Source: an uncultured Nitrososphaerota archaeon
GTDB taxonomy: Archaea; Thermoproteota; Nitrososphaeria; Conexivisphaerales; DTJL01
Assembly (NCBI GenBank): GCA_963842885.1
Contig: CAWJIE010000002.1
Span: forward strand, 64,001-128,000
Direction of reading: 5' to 3'
DNA: 64,000 nucleotides
In this document: piece after piece, positions 10,452-21,390 of the stretch
How positions within the stretch are numbered: the stretch's first letter is position 1
Layout of the letters: each line of letters starts with the position of its first letter
Made by a program: the position numbers and the translations under genes
Notes under the pieces: generated by a model
Database searches by the model: none
Seen by the model: only the letters and a program-made list of their open reading frames with translations
Told to the model about the DNA's origin: nothing

Positions 10452-11526
10452 ATCCTTCCAATACGGTTCTTCTGCTGTTTGTTCCGAGGGTCTTGGCCAA
10501 CGAAGGGTTATCTAGGACTTCAAGGATTCTATCAGCAAGCTGCCTGTAGTTGCCTGGTTCAATCAATATGCCGTTCTGATGATCATGCACCATTCTCGAT
10601 GTCTCGCCGCTATTGGTCGCAATCACAGGAATGCCGCAGGACATCGCTTCCAGAAGCACAAGGTCCGAGTAATTGTTGAATGGTGAGAGGCATGTCACGA
10701 TACTGCTCCTGTCGTACACAGGTCTAACATCCTCAATCACACCCAATAGATGGACACTCTCAGATATGCCCAAATGTGCAGCAAATAGAATAAGCTTCGC
10801 ATCCAAGGGCCCTCCACCCACGAAGACAAATTTGACATCATGTTTCCTCTTCAAGACCAATGGGGCCGCCATAAGCAACAATTCCGGTCCCTTGAATTCG
10901 CTGAGCCTACCGACGAACGTTACCTGCGGTGTGTAAGAGGAAGGATGCTCTGTGGGCAGGAATCGATTGACATCCACGCAGCCTTCATCAGAAAAATGAA
11001 TTCGATCGCGAGGAATACCCCATCTGACGAGCGTCTGTACGGCTGTCTCCTTCTGGACAACAATAGCTCTTGCCATTCCAACAAATCGAAGAACCAACGG
11101 TAGCCTTGTACTATCAGCATGATAGTCCACAGCGTAGCCATGAAGAACCGAGATAAGAGGCCTTCCTGTGAGAATAGCGACAAAGGCCGCCTGCCATCCC
11201 CCATAGTAGTCTCCGTCACCACGCACAAGGTCGATTCTGAACCGCCTTACAATAATCGTGCCTAAGACGACTGCCAGAATCGAATAGCGCAACAACGAAA
11301 AGATTTCCCTGAACATCGGGTGCAATCCAGACTTCAAAGGGGGTGAGCGATAGGTGACCATGTTGTGTTCTGTCCAGTCCACACCCTTACACTGATTGAC
11401 TCCACGAGAAAAGACAACCACAAATTGACCTGATGACGAGAGCCTTGACGCCAGCCTCTGGATGTGCCGCGCGATACCGTAAACGCTGGCAGGTGGGTAG
11501 TTATAGCTGAAGAAGGCAATTCGCAA
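10366..11526 (-). CDS. GT4 glycosyltransferase
   Basis: FVGRLSEFKG, VGGGP, LLEAMSCGIPVIAT. Confidence 0.92.
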   Translation of the reverse strand: MRIAFFSYNYPPASVYGIARHIQRLASRLSSSGQFVVVFSRGVNQCKGVDWTEHNMVTYRSPPLKSGLHPMFREIFSLLRYSILAVVLGTIIVRRFRIDLVRGDGDYYGGWQAAFVAILTGRPLISVLHGYAVDYHADSTRLPLVLRFVGMARAIVVQKETAVQTLVRWGIPRDRIHFSDEGCVDVNRFLPTEHPSSYTPQVTFVGRLSEFKGPELLLMAAPLVLKRKHDVKFVFVGGGPLDAKLILFAAHLGISESVHLLGVIEDVRPVYDRSSIVTCLSPFNNYSDLVLLEAMSCGIPVIATNSGETSRMVHDHQNGILIEPGNYRQLADRILEVLDNPSLAKTLGTNSRRTVLEGYGIDRSSAEFQSLAESVLRELRLDRDGE

Positions 11527-11672
11527 AGTGAGAATCCACCATGGTTGGACTTCCGACGAAAGTAAGGCCGCGATGGAGATGACTAAAGTATGATTGGCAG
11601 ACCAGCGATAACCCGCTCATCAATCGTAATCCGACCAGAATTGCATCCGGCCGTATCGGGTTGAACCCGATA

Positions 11673-12779
11673 CTAACACATTTCCGAATCCGGCCGTTGC
11701 CGGCTCGTTAATGTGGCCGAGTCAAAGAGATCGGAATACGAAGACGCGATGTCAGACCAGGCCAAGCCCTTCACGCTTTCTCTTGCTCTTCTTCCCAATT
11801 CTTCCCTCAACTTGTCGTCCCCGAGCAGCCTTTCTAAGGCGGAAGCAGTAGACTGACAGTCATCTACTGGCACAAGGAGACCGTTGACGCCGTCTACGAT
11901 AAGATCCTTAATACCTCCAACGGCGCTAGCCACAACTGGTCTACCCGCGCCTAGCGCTTCAACCGACACTAATGGCAACCCTTCACGGAATGAGGAGAAA
12001 ACGACTATTGTTGCTTTAGACATCAGGTTGAGTACTCGCCTGTGCGGAACATTGCCTAAGAACGTCACTTGGTCCTTCAATCCTTGCTCATGACAGAACC
12101 TTTCAAGGGTCGGACGGAGTATGCCGTCTCCCACTACGACCAGGCTTACGGATGGAAATCGGCGAGTCACTGCGAGATACGCCCTGACAATGGACAGTGG
12201 ATTCTTTGGGTATGACAACCTACCCACAGTAAGGATGTAGTCAGCTTGATGCGAGACAGTCTGTACCTCATTCACGGCAAGCTCGCCTTCCGGGTATCCG
12301 TTGGGGATTAGTCTTATGTCTGCAGGCGGAATGCCATACTTCCTTGCCAGGACGGCCTTCAATTCGGTAGACACAGTGACTACGCAAGTTGCCTTCTTCA
12401 GAGCAACTCTCTGCAGAGGATAGTGGAAAGGGCCTCCCAGTTTCACATCTGACCCATGGCAAGTCACAACATAATTGCATCCAAGAAGCCTAGATGAGAT
12501 TGCAGCCACGATGAGTTCACTCGTGGCGCCTTCAGCGTATAGAACGCTACGATTTCCACATCCCCCACGGAGGATTTTCGACAAACCGCTGAGCACGAAC
12601 AACATTGTAGAGATGATGGATACGCGGCAACGCATCACTAGGTCAGAATCGGTAATTGTGACGACGTCATACCTGCATCTAAGCTCTCTTTCCAGATAGA
12701 AGGCATGCAGTTCCCTCCCGCCGACCGAGAACGGGTAGATTCGTCTTGCTATGAGATAGACTCTGAACGGAGAGGGCAA
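11673..12779 (-). CDS. GT4 glycosyltransferase
   Basis: HGSDV, VGRL, EGLPLVSVEALGAGRPVVAS (EX7E). Confidence 0.93.
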   Translation of the reverse strand: MPSPFRVYLIARRIYPFSVGGRELHAFYLERELRCRYDVVTITDSDLVMRCRVSIISTMLFVLSGLSKILRGGCGNRSVLYAEGATSELIVAAISSRLLGCNYVVTCHGSDVKLGGPFHYPLQRVALKKATCVVTVSTELKAVLARKYGIPPADIRLIPNGYPEGELAVNEVQTVSHQADYILTVGRLSYPKNPLSIVRAYLAVTRRFPSVSLVVVGDGILRPTLERFCHEQGLKDQVTFLGNVPHRRVLNLMSKATIVVFSSFREGLPLVSVEALGAGRPVVASAVGGIKDLIVDGVNGLLVPVDDCQSTASALERLLGDDKLREELGRRARESVKGLAWSDIASSYSDLFDSATLTSRQRPDSEMC

Positions 12780-12786
12780 TTCCGGT

Positions 12787-13938
12787 TCACAGGAGGCTTT
12801 GGTATTGGAATGAAATCTTCTGGACCATTCCCGAAATCGAAAATTCTTTCTCGATTCTATGACGCCCCTCGATTCCCATGGACCTCGCCTTGCGCGGATC
12901 TTCGAGTAGCGCCAAAATGCAGTTGGCTGTCGTTTCTACGTCTCTGGGCCTTACAACATATCCGGACACGCCATCCTCAACAATCTCCTTTGAGTCACCC
13001 ACATCGGTCGCCACAACAGGCTTCCCAGCTGCACCCAGCTCAAGGAGGTTCTTAGGGAACTGCTCAAGCAGAGAGGTCGAAACTCCGATGTCGATTCTGG
13101 AGAGAAGCCAGGGGATAGCGTCGTAGTTCAACTTCCCAACAAAATGGACCTTTTCCGCGATTCCAAGGTTCTCCGAGTACTGCTTTAGACTGTCAATAGA
13201 CGGCCCGTCCCCAACAATCAAGAAGTGCGCGTCATGAACCTGCTCGACGACTAGCTTGGCTGCTCTCAGCAGGAAAGTATGTCCTTTAAGGGGAAGAAGG
13301 TAGCCCACTTGACAGATCTTAGGGCATCCTGAAAGGCCTTCTAATATTCTCTCGACCCCTGGGGAGGGCGCTCGATTTGCCATCTGGTCAAACCAATCCA
13401 AAGGTATCCCGTTTGTCACAACAGACACTTTGCTTTTTGGAAGTCCATATTGGTCTATCAGCGATTCTGCCAAGCAATTCGAGACGGTGATTATCTTGTC
13501 ACACGCGTGGTCAAGCAAGATGTGGTACGCCAAAACATTTCTGACCTTCTGACTGCTGCTACCAGCCAGCAATACGCTGTTGAGATTGACGATGGTCTTA
13601 GGTCTTGCTCCACCCGAGGTTAACCTAAGTGGCCAGAGTTTGAACCCTTTCTGCATGCCATACACATGGACGATGTCATAGTGACTCCGCATAATCATCT
13701 TATACAGTTCAGGGAGAAGCGGTCTCGACAAATCTGATAGCCCAGCAAATTTGTGCACAATGATGCCCTCTGCCTGCAACATATCAAACAATCCAGGTTC
13801 TTGTTCAGATTCATCGCTGACAACCTCAAGGGCTATACCCGCCTTGGAAAGGGCCACAGCTACCTTCGCTAGGTACGTAGTTAGCCCAATGACAGGAGAA
13901 CAACCTCCATAAAGCACGGAAACCCCGACCAAAGTCAC
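12787..13938 (-). CDS. GT4 glycosyltransferase
   Basis: NGIP, KGH, VGDGP, EQFPKNLLE, GKPVVATDVG. Confidence 0.92.
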   Translation of the reverse strand: MTLVGVSVLYGGCSPVIGLTTYLAKVAVALSKAGIALEVVSDESEQEPGLFDMLQAEGIIVHKFAGLSDLSRPLLPELYKMIMRSHYDIVHVYGMQKGFKLWPLRLTSGGARPKTIVNLNSVLLAGSSSQKVRNVLAYHILLDHACDKIITVSNCLAESLIDQYGLPKSKVSVVTNGIPLDWFDQMANRAPSPGVERILEGLSGCPKICQVGYLLPLKGHTFLLRAAKLVVEQVHDAHFLIVGDGPSIDSLKQYSENLGIAEKVHFVGKLNYDAIPWLLSRIDIGVSTSLLEQFPKNLLELGAAGKPVVATDVGDSKEIVEDGVSGYVVRPRDVETTANCILALLEDPRKARSMGIEGRHRIEKEFSISGMVQKISFQYQSLL

Positions 13939-14354
13939 TTACGCCCAGAGCCCAAAGGACTTGAGGCTGAAACGGTTCTACCAATATGGTGTACTGTGGT
14001 AAAATTGGCCTTCGGCGACGCGATTCTAATAAAAGCAGGGTCGCTTGCTGCGCTAGCACGCGAAATGTCGAAGTGGCCCACCGGTTTGGCAAGTGGCCGA
14101 AATGCGCGCATTAACCCAAACCAGAAAGTAGGTGCCTCAAGTCCGGGAGACTTGGATGCAATCACTCCATAAACAAACATGTTCCTTCGTTCGGCGCCCA
14201 TTGCATCATGAGGATTAGATGCGATCAGTTTGTGGACCTTATGACCTATATCGGCTAGCTCCGTTGTTAGGTTGTGAGTGTAGATCCAGTCACCGTCCTT
14301 GATCAGCGGAAGGTGCTCGTAGGTCACGGAGCAGCCTCTCATGGTGTTTCCCAC
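13935..14354 (-). pseudogene. Probable truncated N-terminal GT4 fragment
   Basis: TYEHLPL..G..IYTHNLTTELADIGHKVH resembles a GT4 N-terminus; no C-terminal domain. Confidence 0.5.
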
Positions 14355-14384
14355 ATGATTGGCATAAGGACCGATAATGGCACG

Positions 14385-15551
14385 TTAAGATCGCGCGATA
14401 CGGTGGTACAGGTCCTCTAATTCCTCAACATTCTTAGACCAGTTCAACTCCCTCGTAACGAATGCGCGTCCCTGGCTTCCTAGTCGTGATCTAAGGTCCT
14501 CGTCATTCAAGAGCGCCTTGCATTTGGAAGCCAAGTCACCTATGTCGTCATAGTCGACGGAGAAACCGAAGTCTCCTCTATGGACTACCTCTGCGATGGC
14601 GTTTCCTTTAGACACGATTACGGGTGTAGAACAAGCGGCGGCCTCCAGGGGCACTAGGCCATAGACGTTCGTAGGCTCGACATTGACAACTACCTCGGCG
14701 TCAACGTAAGCTTCTTTCCTCTCCTGATCTGAGAGCAAGCCCGGGCATGTTACGCTGTCACGCAAACCCAACGCATCAGTCAAACGAATAACGTCCTTCA
14801 GATACCCATCGTCAGGTCCAGCTATTACTAACTTGACGTTCCTAGTACCGTCAGTGATCAGATGTGCAAAAGACTTCACGAGAAAACCAATGCCTTTGCC
14901 TGTATGTATCCTGCCCAGATACAACACTATCTTTTCGTCATCCCTTATGCCGAACTTCCTCTTGAAGGAGCCTTTAGGGGGCAGGCTTGCGTATTCTGAA
15001 AGGTCTATCCCGTTGCGTATGATGGCAATCTTCTCCCCGGGTACACCCATGCTTCTGTATTGCCACGCTTCAATCTCGCTGAGAGCAATGACTCTTGAAG
15101 CATCTCTAAGCGCTTCGTATCCAAACAGCAGGTCGTAGACAAGTTTCAGTCTCCTTTTCGGTGCTATGCGCGGAAGAGAGCCAAGTGCCTGCAGAACATA
15201 TGGCGTCCCTGACTTAACCGCATAGTGATGAACGGCGATATCCTGGAACTGCCTCCACGAATGCACATGAACGATATCAAAAGCTACCGGCATTTGCCTT
15301 AGCAGGCAGAGCATTGCCGGCGAGACATTCAGGCTTCCGAATATCGGCAGGCGAGGGTACCTGATTATGCGGTACCCATTGGAATCTTCAATGGAGGGTA
15401 CTCGGGAGAAATCGTGCATTCGATCTGCCGCGTTGGTCGTCACCACAGTGACATCGTGTCTGCGTGACAATTCTTTGGCCTCGGCTTCGACCACGGCCAC
15501 AGGCCCCCCGAAGGACCTTGTGAAGACAGGCACTGCGAGAAGTATTCTCAC
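14385..15551 (-). CDS. GT4 glycosyltransferase
   Basis: GGP..V, DIVHVH, NGIDL, YLGRIH..KG, YGLVPLEAAAC. Confidence 0.93.
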   Translation of the reverse strand: MRILLAVPVFTRSFGGPVAVVEAEAKELSRRHDVTVVTTNAADRMHDFSRVPSIEDSNGYRIIRYPRLPIFGSLNVSPAMLCLLRQMPVAFDIVHVHSWRQFQDIAVHHYAVKSGTPYVLQALGSLPRIAPKRRLKLVYDLLFGYEALRDASRVIALSEIEAWQYRSMGVPGEKIAIIRNGIDLSEYASLPPKGSFKRKFGIRDDEKIVLYLGRIHTGKGIGFLVKSFAHLITDGTRNVKLVIAGPDDGYLKDVIRLTDALGLRDSVTCPGLLSDQERKEAYVDAEVVVNVEPTNVYGLVPLEAAACSTPVIVSKGNAIAEVVHRGDFGFSVDYDDIGDLASKCKALLNDEDLRSRLGSQGRAFVTRELNWSKNVEELEDLYHRIARS

Positions 15552-16072
15552 TGTTTCTTCTTGCCCTTCAAATGCAAGCTGTCCGGCAGGAAGGGTATTC
15601 CCTTGTACCCAAACACGATGCGACTGATGTCTTGTATTCCCAAGTCCTGAAGAAGCCTCTTCAAAAGACCATACGAGAAGCCGCTCTTGTGAAAGTTGAA
15701 CTCATCATCCTGCTCCCCGTAGATGTTGACTATGTCCTTCCATGTAGGGCGCAGCGCGAACAGCAACGCTCTTGCGCGCAGGTCTGGGCATCGGATTTCG
15801 AAGACTCCTCCCGGGCGTAGGACTCTCACCCATTCTTCTAGGACGCTCCTAACCTCTCGATGCCCAAAATGCTCTAAGCTGTGACTGCTAAAGACAAGAA
15901 CGAAGGAACTGTCTCTGAACGGCAGTCTAGAGGCATCGGCCAAGACCCTTGCCCCTCGCGTGGACCGAACGTCCAAGCCCAAGTGTCCCGCCCTTGGACT
16001 ATCTCCACACCCAATGTCGATAGACATTTCCGCGCTGTCGTAGAAGTCTTCAGACACAGCGTCAGAGCCCAA
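15548..16072 (-). CDS. Small class I SAM methyltransferase (type 11-like)
   Basis: DIGCG, LPFRDSSF, HSLEH, RVLRPGG. Confidence 0.88.
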   Translation of the reverse strand: MGSDAVSEDFYDSAEMSIDIGCGDSPRAGHLGLDVRSTRGARVLADASRLPFRDSSFVLVFSSHSLEHFGHREVRSVLEEWVRVLRPGGVFEIRCPDLRARALLFALRPTWKDIVNIYGEQDDEFNFHKSGFSYGLLKRLLQDLGIQDISRIVFGYKGIPFLPDSLHLKGKKKQ

Positions 16073-17160
16073 CTAAGAAGTTCGTCGATGTGTTTGTCCC
16101 AGTTCACACCCGAATAGTTCTCCTTGAAGAGACGACGTGCCTGTTCCGACATGAAAGCGAGATGGTCCCGAACGTACCCCAACGCATAGATCCACGCTTC
16201 GGTAGGTGCATTCACAGATACCAAATAGCCTGTCTTCTTGTGTCGAACGAATTCTGGTAGGCCACCTGTGTCGCTCGATATGACAGGAGTGCCGTACATA
16301 TAGGAACCAAGGATCGCCGCACTCTGGGTCTCACGCAGGTACGGGGTGACTACAGCCAAGCTCTTTCGCATGAGCTCCCCAAAATACTCATCTGAAATGA
16401 CCTTGCCATCAACCAAGGTCAAGTTCTGGACCGTCCTAATGCTTTCGTCGGGTATCCTTAGTCTTGATATCACCAGAAATTGGAAGCCTAGGCGACGGTC
16501 ATTTGACAGCTCTGCCATGCCCATGAATGTGCTGAACCCCTTTGCCGGGACTATGGGGCCAACGAAGGTAACGTATTCCCTGGGAAGTTGCATAAGCTGG
16601 GCACCCAAGTCTTCGTACATCAAAGGAATGAGCAGTCTCTTTCCGGAATAATCAGGGAACCTCAGTTGCATCAGGCATGAAGCATACCCAGATGATACGA
16701 CTGCCTTGCCGGATTGATCAAGCATAAACGATTGTGCCCTGTCGAACAAGGTCAACCAGATTGCGGCCAGAATCCCATGTTTGGTCTTGCTCGCTACAAA
16801 CGGTTCATGTAGATGATACACAAACTGAGCTCCGTGCACCGCGGCAAGACGAGCGATGTAATGGTTGAGCGGGTGGTAGTTGAACATATAGACCATGGCA
16901 GGCGGCGATTCTCTGAATGCCCGCGATAGTTTCCCATAATTCCCCGCGTTGAGCATATCAAGCATCATGCTACCGATGCCCCTAGAACGCCCGACAAGCG
17001 TCGTCTTCTCCATCACATCCGCTGGAAGCAACGGGAGGTATTCTGCTCCAAACAGATACCTGACCCGGAACCCTCTCTTCTCAAGGGCATCCCCCAGGGC
17101 ACAGCAAAGTGACTTGTAGACGGGACTGAATTGGAGACTACCGATGTAGTAGGTCAGCAG
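16073..17160 (-). CDS. GT4-like glycosyltransferase (both ends show 1-nt frame anomalies)
   Basis: HEP, PY..TQSA..SYMYGTPVISSDTGGLPE. The frame stays open upstream of 17031 to ~17175; an out-of-frame TAG at 16073-16075 abuts the next start. Confidence 0.8.
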
Positions 17161-17235
17161 TGCGACTCCCCCGGGTTAGCATGTCGACCCAGCTGTGCGC
17201 ACTCATTCTGTGGTCCACGCTACTTCCTAAGTAAT

Positions 17236-18420
17236 TCAGCAACTAGGCATCCCTGCTCCTTTGAGGTCAGCATTCTTCTCGACGTACCCTCTTCCGCTTT
17301 GACCATATCTGGCCGCGAGAGATGGGTCCTGCGCTATGGTCAGTATGGCACTGGCGAGGGCATCTGCATCGCCGGGGGCTACGACAAGACCCGATTGGGA
17401 TTGGCTGACAAACAAGCCAGGCATACCTCTGGAACAGACAACAATAGGCTTGCCGGCAGCCTGGTATTCGTACAACTTCGAAGAGATTCCCTTTTCCGTG
17501 TCTCCTAAGCCTGCAAGGGGTTGGATGAGGATGTCTGCATCGCACATCAGCCGAGCAGCTTGAGCCCTCGAAACTACTTCCCTGACCATTCTGACGTTAC
17601 TCAGTCTCCTCCCTGCGATTTCGCTATCAATCTGCTCGGCGCGTTCTCCGTCTCCCCTGAGCGTGAATGTGATATCTCTGTGGCCTCTGAGCAGTTCAGC
17701 AGCTCGAAGTACTTGTCCGAAATCGTAGGCCGAAGAAAAGGCACCGATATACAGGACGCTGACCGTTTCCTGACGATTCTTGGATGTTCTGCCTCCACGA
17801 AACAAAGCAAGGTCAACGCCTCCTGGAATGACGACCAACTTCGACGTGCTGACATCATACTTGTGGGAGATCACGTCGACGTAGGCTGGGCTAATGGGGG
17901 CCATATAATTCGAAAGACCGTAGGCTAACCTTGCCACAGACTCAGCTACTCTTTGAAGCAGACCAGAGTTCAGCATCCCCAAGTCGTAAAGCGACTCCGG
18001 CCAAAGGTCATCTACGTTCAGAATCATCCGGCACCTGAATCTTGTCCGGTAGACCAAAGCCGGAAAGGCCACGAGTACCTGAGGGTTTGAAGCGAACACG
18101 CCGTCCACCCCATCTAAGAATGCGATTGGGAACAGGGACGACAGCATAAAGCAGAAGAACAGGACGAAGCGCCTGACAAGGCCTTTGGATGCCAGAGGGG
18201 GGACATAGGTGCGTATGACATCGATGCGGTTCATCCGTTCGAACACCAAGGCTCTGTGCCTGTAGCTCTTCGGGACGTTCCCTGAAGGATAGTGAGGGAA
18301 ACCCGCAATCACCGTCACCTTGACACCGTTGGCGGCAAGGCCTTTGGCGACGTTGAACGCCCTGGTCGCGCCGCCACCAAGGTCTGGTGGATATATCTCC
18401 GAGAGTATCAGCACGTGCAT
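17236..18420 (-). CDS. GT4 glycosyltransferase, WbuB/Cap1E-like
   Basis: YPPDLGG, FPHYP, DLWPESL, SKLYEYQAAGKPI. Confidence 0.92.
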   Translation of the reverse strand: MHVLILSEIYPPDLGGGATRAFNVAKGLAANGVKVTVIAGFPHYPSGNVPKSYRHRALVFERMNRIDVIRTYVPPLASKGLVRRFVLFFCFMLSSLFPIAFLDGVDGVFASNPQVLVAFPALVYRTRFRCRMILNVDDLWPESLYDLGMLNSGLLQRVAESVARLAYGLSNYMAPISPAYVDVISHKYDVSTSKLVVIPGGVDLALFRGGRTSKNRQETVSVLYIGAFSSAYDFGQVLRAAELLRGHRDITFTLRGDGERAEQIDSEIAGRRLSNVRMVREVVSRAQAARLMCDADILIQPLAGLGDTEKGISSKLYEYQAAGKPIVVCSRGMPGLFVSQSQSGLVVAPGDADALASAILTIAQDPSLAARYGQSGRGYVEKNADLKGAGMPSC

Positions 18421-19440
18421 CTAATCACGTTGTATACTCTCTATGATCGCGCTATTCTGTCGAATCCAAGTGAGAGTAAGCAAAAGACCGTTGTGAAATG
18501 CAGTCCTCGGATTATAGCCCAGCAAGGCTCTCGCCTTTTCGATGGAGGCTCTTCGCCGACCAGACTTATCCCAGTCTCTCCTGCCACGGAAAACCACCCC
18601 TCCCTTGCTCTCGGTGAGCTCATTGACCTCATTCGCGAGGTCCAGGATCTTCGTCTCGGTCCCTGACGCCAGGTTCACTGCTTCGCCAACGGCTTCAGGG
18701 AGGACACCCATTCGGAGAGACCCGTCCACTACGTCATCTACATACGTGAAGTCCCTGGTCTCTTCACCCGTCCCGGTGATCGGCAGTGGCTTCCCGTGCA
18801 TCGCCCACCAGATGAAATTCGGAATCACGTCTCTGTATTTCCCTGGCACCTCTCCCGGACCAAAGACGTTGAAGTACCTGCAAATGGCAACGGGGAATCG
18901 ATAGTAGTCATGGTAGTAATTGCAGTAGAGTTCGCCCACAAGCTTGTTCATCTGATAAGGAGTGTCAAGATGGAGAGTGACGAAGCTCTCCTCCAGGGGA
19001 AGCGGCGCGTTGCTTCCATAGACAGAGCAACCCGACGACGCGTAAACGACCCTCTCCGCCCCGGCCTTTCTCGACAGCTCGAGGATGCGAAGGGTGCCAA
19101 GCCCGTTGACCATCAGGTCCGATTCGGGATGCTCGACGCTGTTCTGGTTGGCGAAGTGAGCTGCAAGATGGAAAACGACCTGTGGGCTCTGAGCGAAGAC
19201 CTCCCCAGTCTTCCCTTCGTCTAGAATGCTGCCCCTGACGAACTCCACCCGAGGGTCCTTGGGTATGTTCCACTCATAGGAGGCCGAGAGGTCATCAAGG
19301 ACGATTATCTTCTTGGTGCCCGTGCCAAGCAAAGCCTTGGTCAGGTTGCTCCCAATCATCCCGGCACCTCCCGTAATGAGGACCGTCTTCCCTGCGTAGG
19401 AATCCAGGACCTCCTGCGAGCTTGGCGCTATCTCATTCAC
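18421..19440 (-). CDS. NAD-dependent nucleotide-sugar epimerase/dehydratase
   Basis: TGGAGMIG, FHLAA, PYQMNK, RYFNVFGP, ETRDFTYV; GTG start overlaps the upstream stop. Confidence 0.93.
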   Translation of the reverse strand: MNEIAPSSQEVLDSYAGKTVLITGGAGMIGSNLTKALLGTGTKKIIVLDDLSASYEWNIPKDPRVEFVRGSILDEGKTGEVFAQSPQVVFHLAAHFANQNSVEHPESDLMVNGLGTLRILELSRKAGAERVVYASSGCSVYGSNAPLPLEESFVTLHLDTPYQMNKLVGELYCNYYHDYYRFPVAICRYFNVFGPGEVPGKYRDVIPNFIWWAMHGKPLPITGTGEETRDFTYVDDVVDGSLRMGVLPEAVGEAVNLASGTETKILDLANEVNELTESKGGVVFRGRRDWDKSGRRRASIEKARALLGYNPRTAFHNGLLLTLTWIRQNSAIIESIQRD

Positions 19441-20350
19441 CAATTCCGTAAATCTTCCTGAACCACTTGACCGTATTGTCGATGCCCTCTTCGGGTTCGA
19501 CATAGAACTTCAAACCCAGGTCTCTGACCGCCTTCGCGGAGTCGGGCGTCTTGACTCTGGTCGTGAACCCTTCGGCGTCCTTGTAGGTCACAAGCGAGTC
19601 ATCCCGACCGACGGTCCTGAGCACGATGTCCGAGACCTCCTTGATGTCATACTGCCGGGAGCTCCCCAGGTTGTAGACCTCGCCAGGCTTGAATCTGTCA
19701 GCGATCTGAGAGAAGGCTACGCAAATGTCGTCGACATATTCGAGGGTCCGCTTGTGCCCCTTGTATACGGTGTAAGGCTGGCCGATCAAGGCGTGGTAGA
19801 TGAACTTGGGAACGAACCCCCTGTAGGGAGTGTAGTGCTCCCCCGGGCCGTAGACGTTGAACAGGCGCACCCTCACGGTCTCCGTCCCGAACATGGAGGC
19901 CGAATTCAGGATCTGCATCTCGTTGACCCACTTGGACATCGCGTAGTCGTTCATCTGTTTCAGCGGGACCTTCTCCATGACCTCCTCGGACATCACACCG
20001 TCGTAGTCGCCGTACACCTCCGCGCTGCCGAAGAAGACCATCCTGAACTTCTTTCGTTCCTGCATCCTGAGGATGTTCTTCGTCCCTATGGCGTTGGTCC
20101 TCCACATGTTCTCGTAATAATCCTCGCCGTTCCACCTCCCGTATTCCGCTGCGGCATGGTACACTAGGTCGAATCCTTGGTCGAGGAGCTTCTCGATCTG
20201 GCGGAACTCGCCCACATCGCAACGGACGTAGTTCGGCCCAGCCGAGTTCCGGAGGTCGCAGCACCACACTTCATGGCCTCTGGTTCGCAGTTCCTTGACC
20301 AGGTTCGAGCCGATGAAACCCAGTCCTCCCGTGACGAGTATCTTGCTCAT
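19433..20350 (-). CDS. NAD-dependent nucleotide-sugar epimerase/dehydratase
   Basis: VTGGLGFIG, YAMSK, RLFNVYGP. Confidence 0.93.
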   Translation of the reverse strand: MSKILVTGGLGFIGSNLVKELRTRGHEVWCCDLRNSAGPNYVRCDVGEFRQIEKLLDQGFDLVYHAAAEYGRWNGEDYYENMWRTNAIGTKNILRMQERKKFRMVFFGSAEVYGDYDGVMSEEVMEKVPLKQMNDYAMSKWVNEMQILNSASMFGTETVRVRLFNVYGPGEHYTPYRGFVPKFIYHALIGQPYTVYKGHKRTLEYVDDICVAFSQIADRFKPGEVYNLGSSRQYDIKEVSDIVLRTVGRDDSLVTYKDAEGFTTRVKTPDSAKAVRDLGLKFYVEPEEGIDNTVKWFRKIYGIGE

Positions 20351-20365
20351 ATCGCGCACCTGACC

Positions 20366-21340
20366 CTAGTCCGTTCTCCTGATCTCAAGCTCTCTGAACC
20401 TCCGGTTAAGAGCGTTCAGGAAGAGGGCCAGAGAACCCAACACCAACCCCACGAGTATCGCCGCGATGGCCAGAAGAGCGGTACCCACGGCCAGTTGTCT
20501 GGTGTTGTTGAATATCACCACGACCTGGAAGAACGCCGCCAACCCTACCAAGAAAGAAGCCATGCCGGGAACGCCGACGTAAACGAGAGGTCGCCCCTCG
20601 GTCACCAGCCTGATCATCGACATCACGAGGCCCGCGCCATGGGAAATAGGGTTCTTCTTGGATGTCTTTCCTCCCGTGTTATACTCGATGAGGGAAGGCA
20701 CCTCAACAATCTTGAACCCCGCCTTCTTGGCCTTCATCAGGATGGAGAGGGAGGCCCCCATCCCCTGCTCGAGCATCATGGGCGCTATCGAGGAGATCGC
20801 CCTCCCGCTGTAGGCCCTGAACCCGCTCTGGGTGTCGGAGACGTCCACCCCCGCCATTCCGCTGGCCATCCTGTTGACCGACTCTATCCCCGCCTTCCTG
20901 TACCCGCTGGCCCCGTTCCCCCCCTCGACGAACCTGGAGCCTATCACCACGTCGGCCTGCGACTTCAGGATGGGCTCCACGAGGGAGGGTATCTCCCGGG
21001 GGTCGTGCTGCCCGTCGGCGTCGAGCGAGACCACGACGGCGGGATCGAACGCAAGCGCTTCGAGGAAGGCGCTCTTCAGCGCCGCGCCGTAACCCTCGTT
21101 CTGGCCATGGTGGACGACCCTGGCCCCTATCCTCTCGGCGATCTCCGCCGTCATGTCGGTGGAGCCGTCGTCGCAGACGATCACCTTGTCCACGAACTTT
21201 CCCGCCTGCAGGACCACCTTCGCTATCGTCTTCTCCTCGTTATAGGCGGGGATGCAGGCGACGACGGCAGCCCCCTTCCGCAGGGGCTCCCACTCTCCCG
21301 CCGGTGAGCTCATGTGTTCCATCCGGTCTTCATCATGCAA
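20366..21340 (-). CDS. GT2 polyprenol-phosphate glycosyltransferase (DPM synthase-like) with two C-terminal TM helices
   Basis: IPAYNEE, DDGSTD, DADGQH, GSRF, DTQSGFRA. Confidence 0.93.
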   Translation of the reverse strand: MHDEDRMEHMSSPAGEWEPLRKGAAVVACIPAYNEEKTIAKVVLQAGKFVDKVIVCDDGSTDMTAEIAERIGARVVHHGQNEGYGAALKSAFLEALAFDPAVVVSLDADGQHDPREIPSLVEPILKSQADVVIGSRFVEGGNGASGYRKAGIESVNRMASGMAGVDVSDTQSGFRAYSGRAISSIAPMMLEQGMGASLSILMKAKKAGFKIVEVPSLIEYNTGGKTSKKNPISHGAGLVMSMIRLVTEGRPLVYVGVPGMASFLVGLAAFFQVVVIFNNTRQLAVGTALLAIAAILVGLVLGSLALFLNALNRRFRELEIRRTD

Positions 21341-21390
21341 ACGTGTTTCCCCCGCCCATCATTGCAGGGCCTTCCGGCAGGAGGTCCCCA

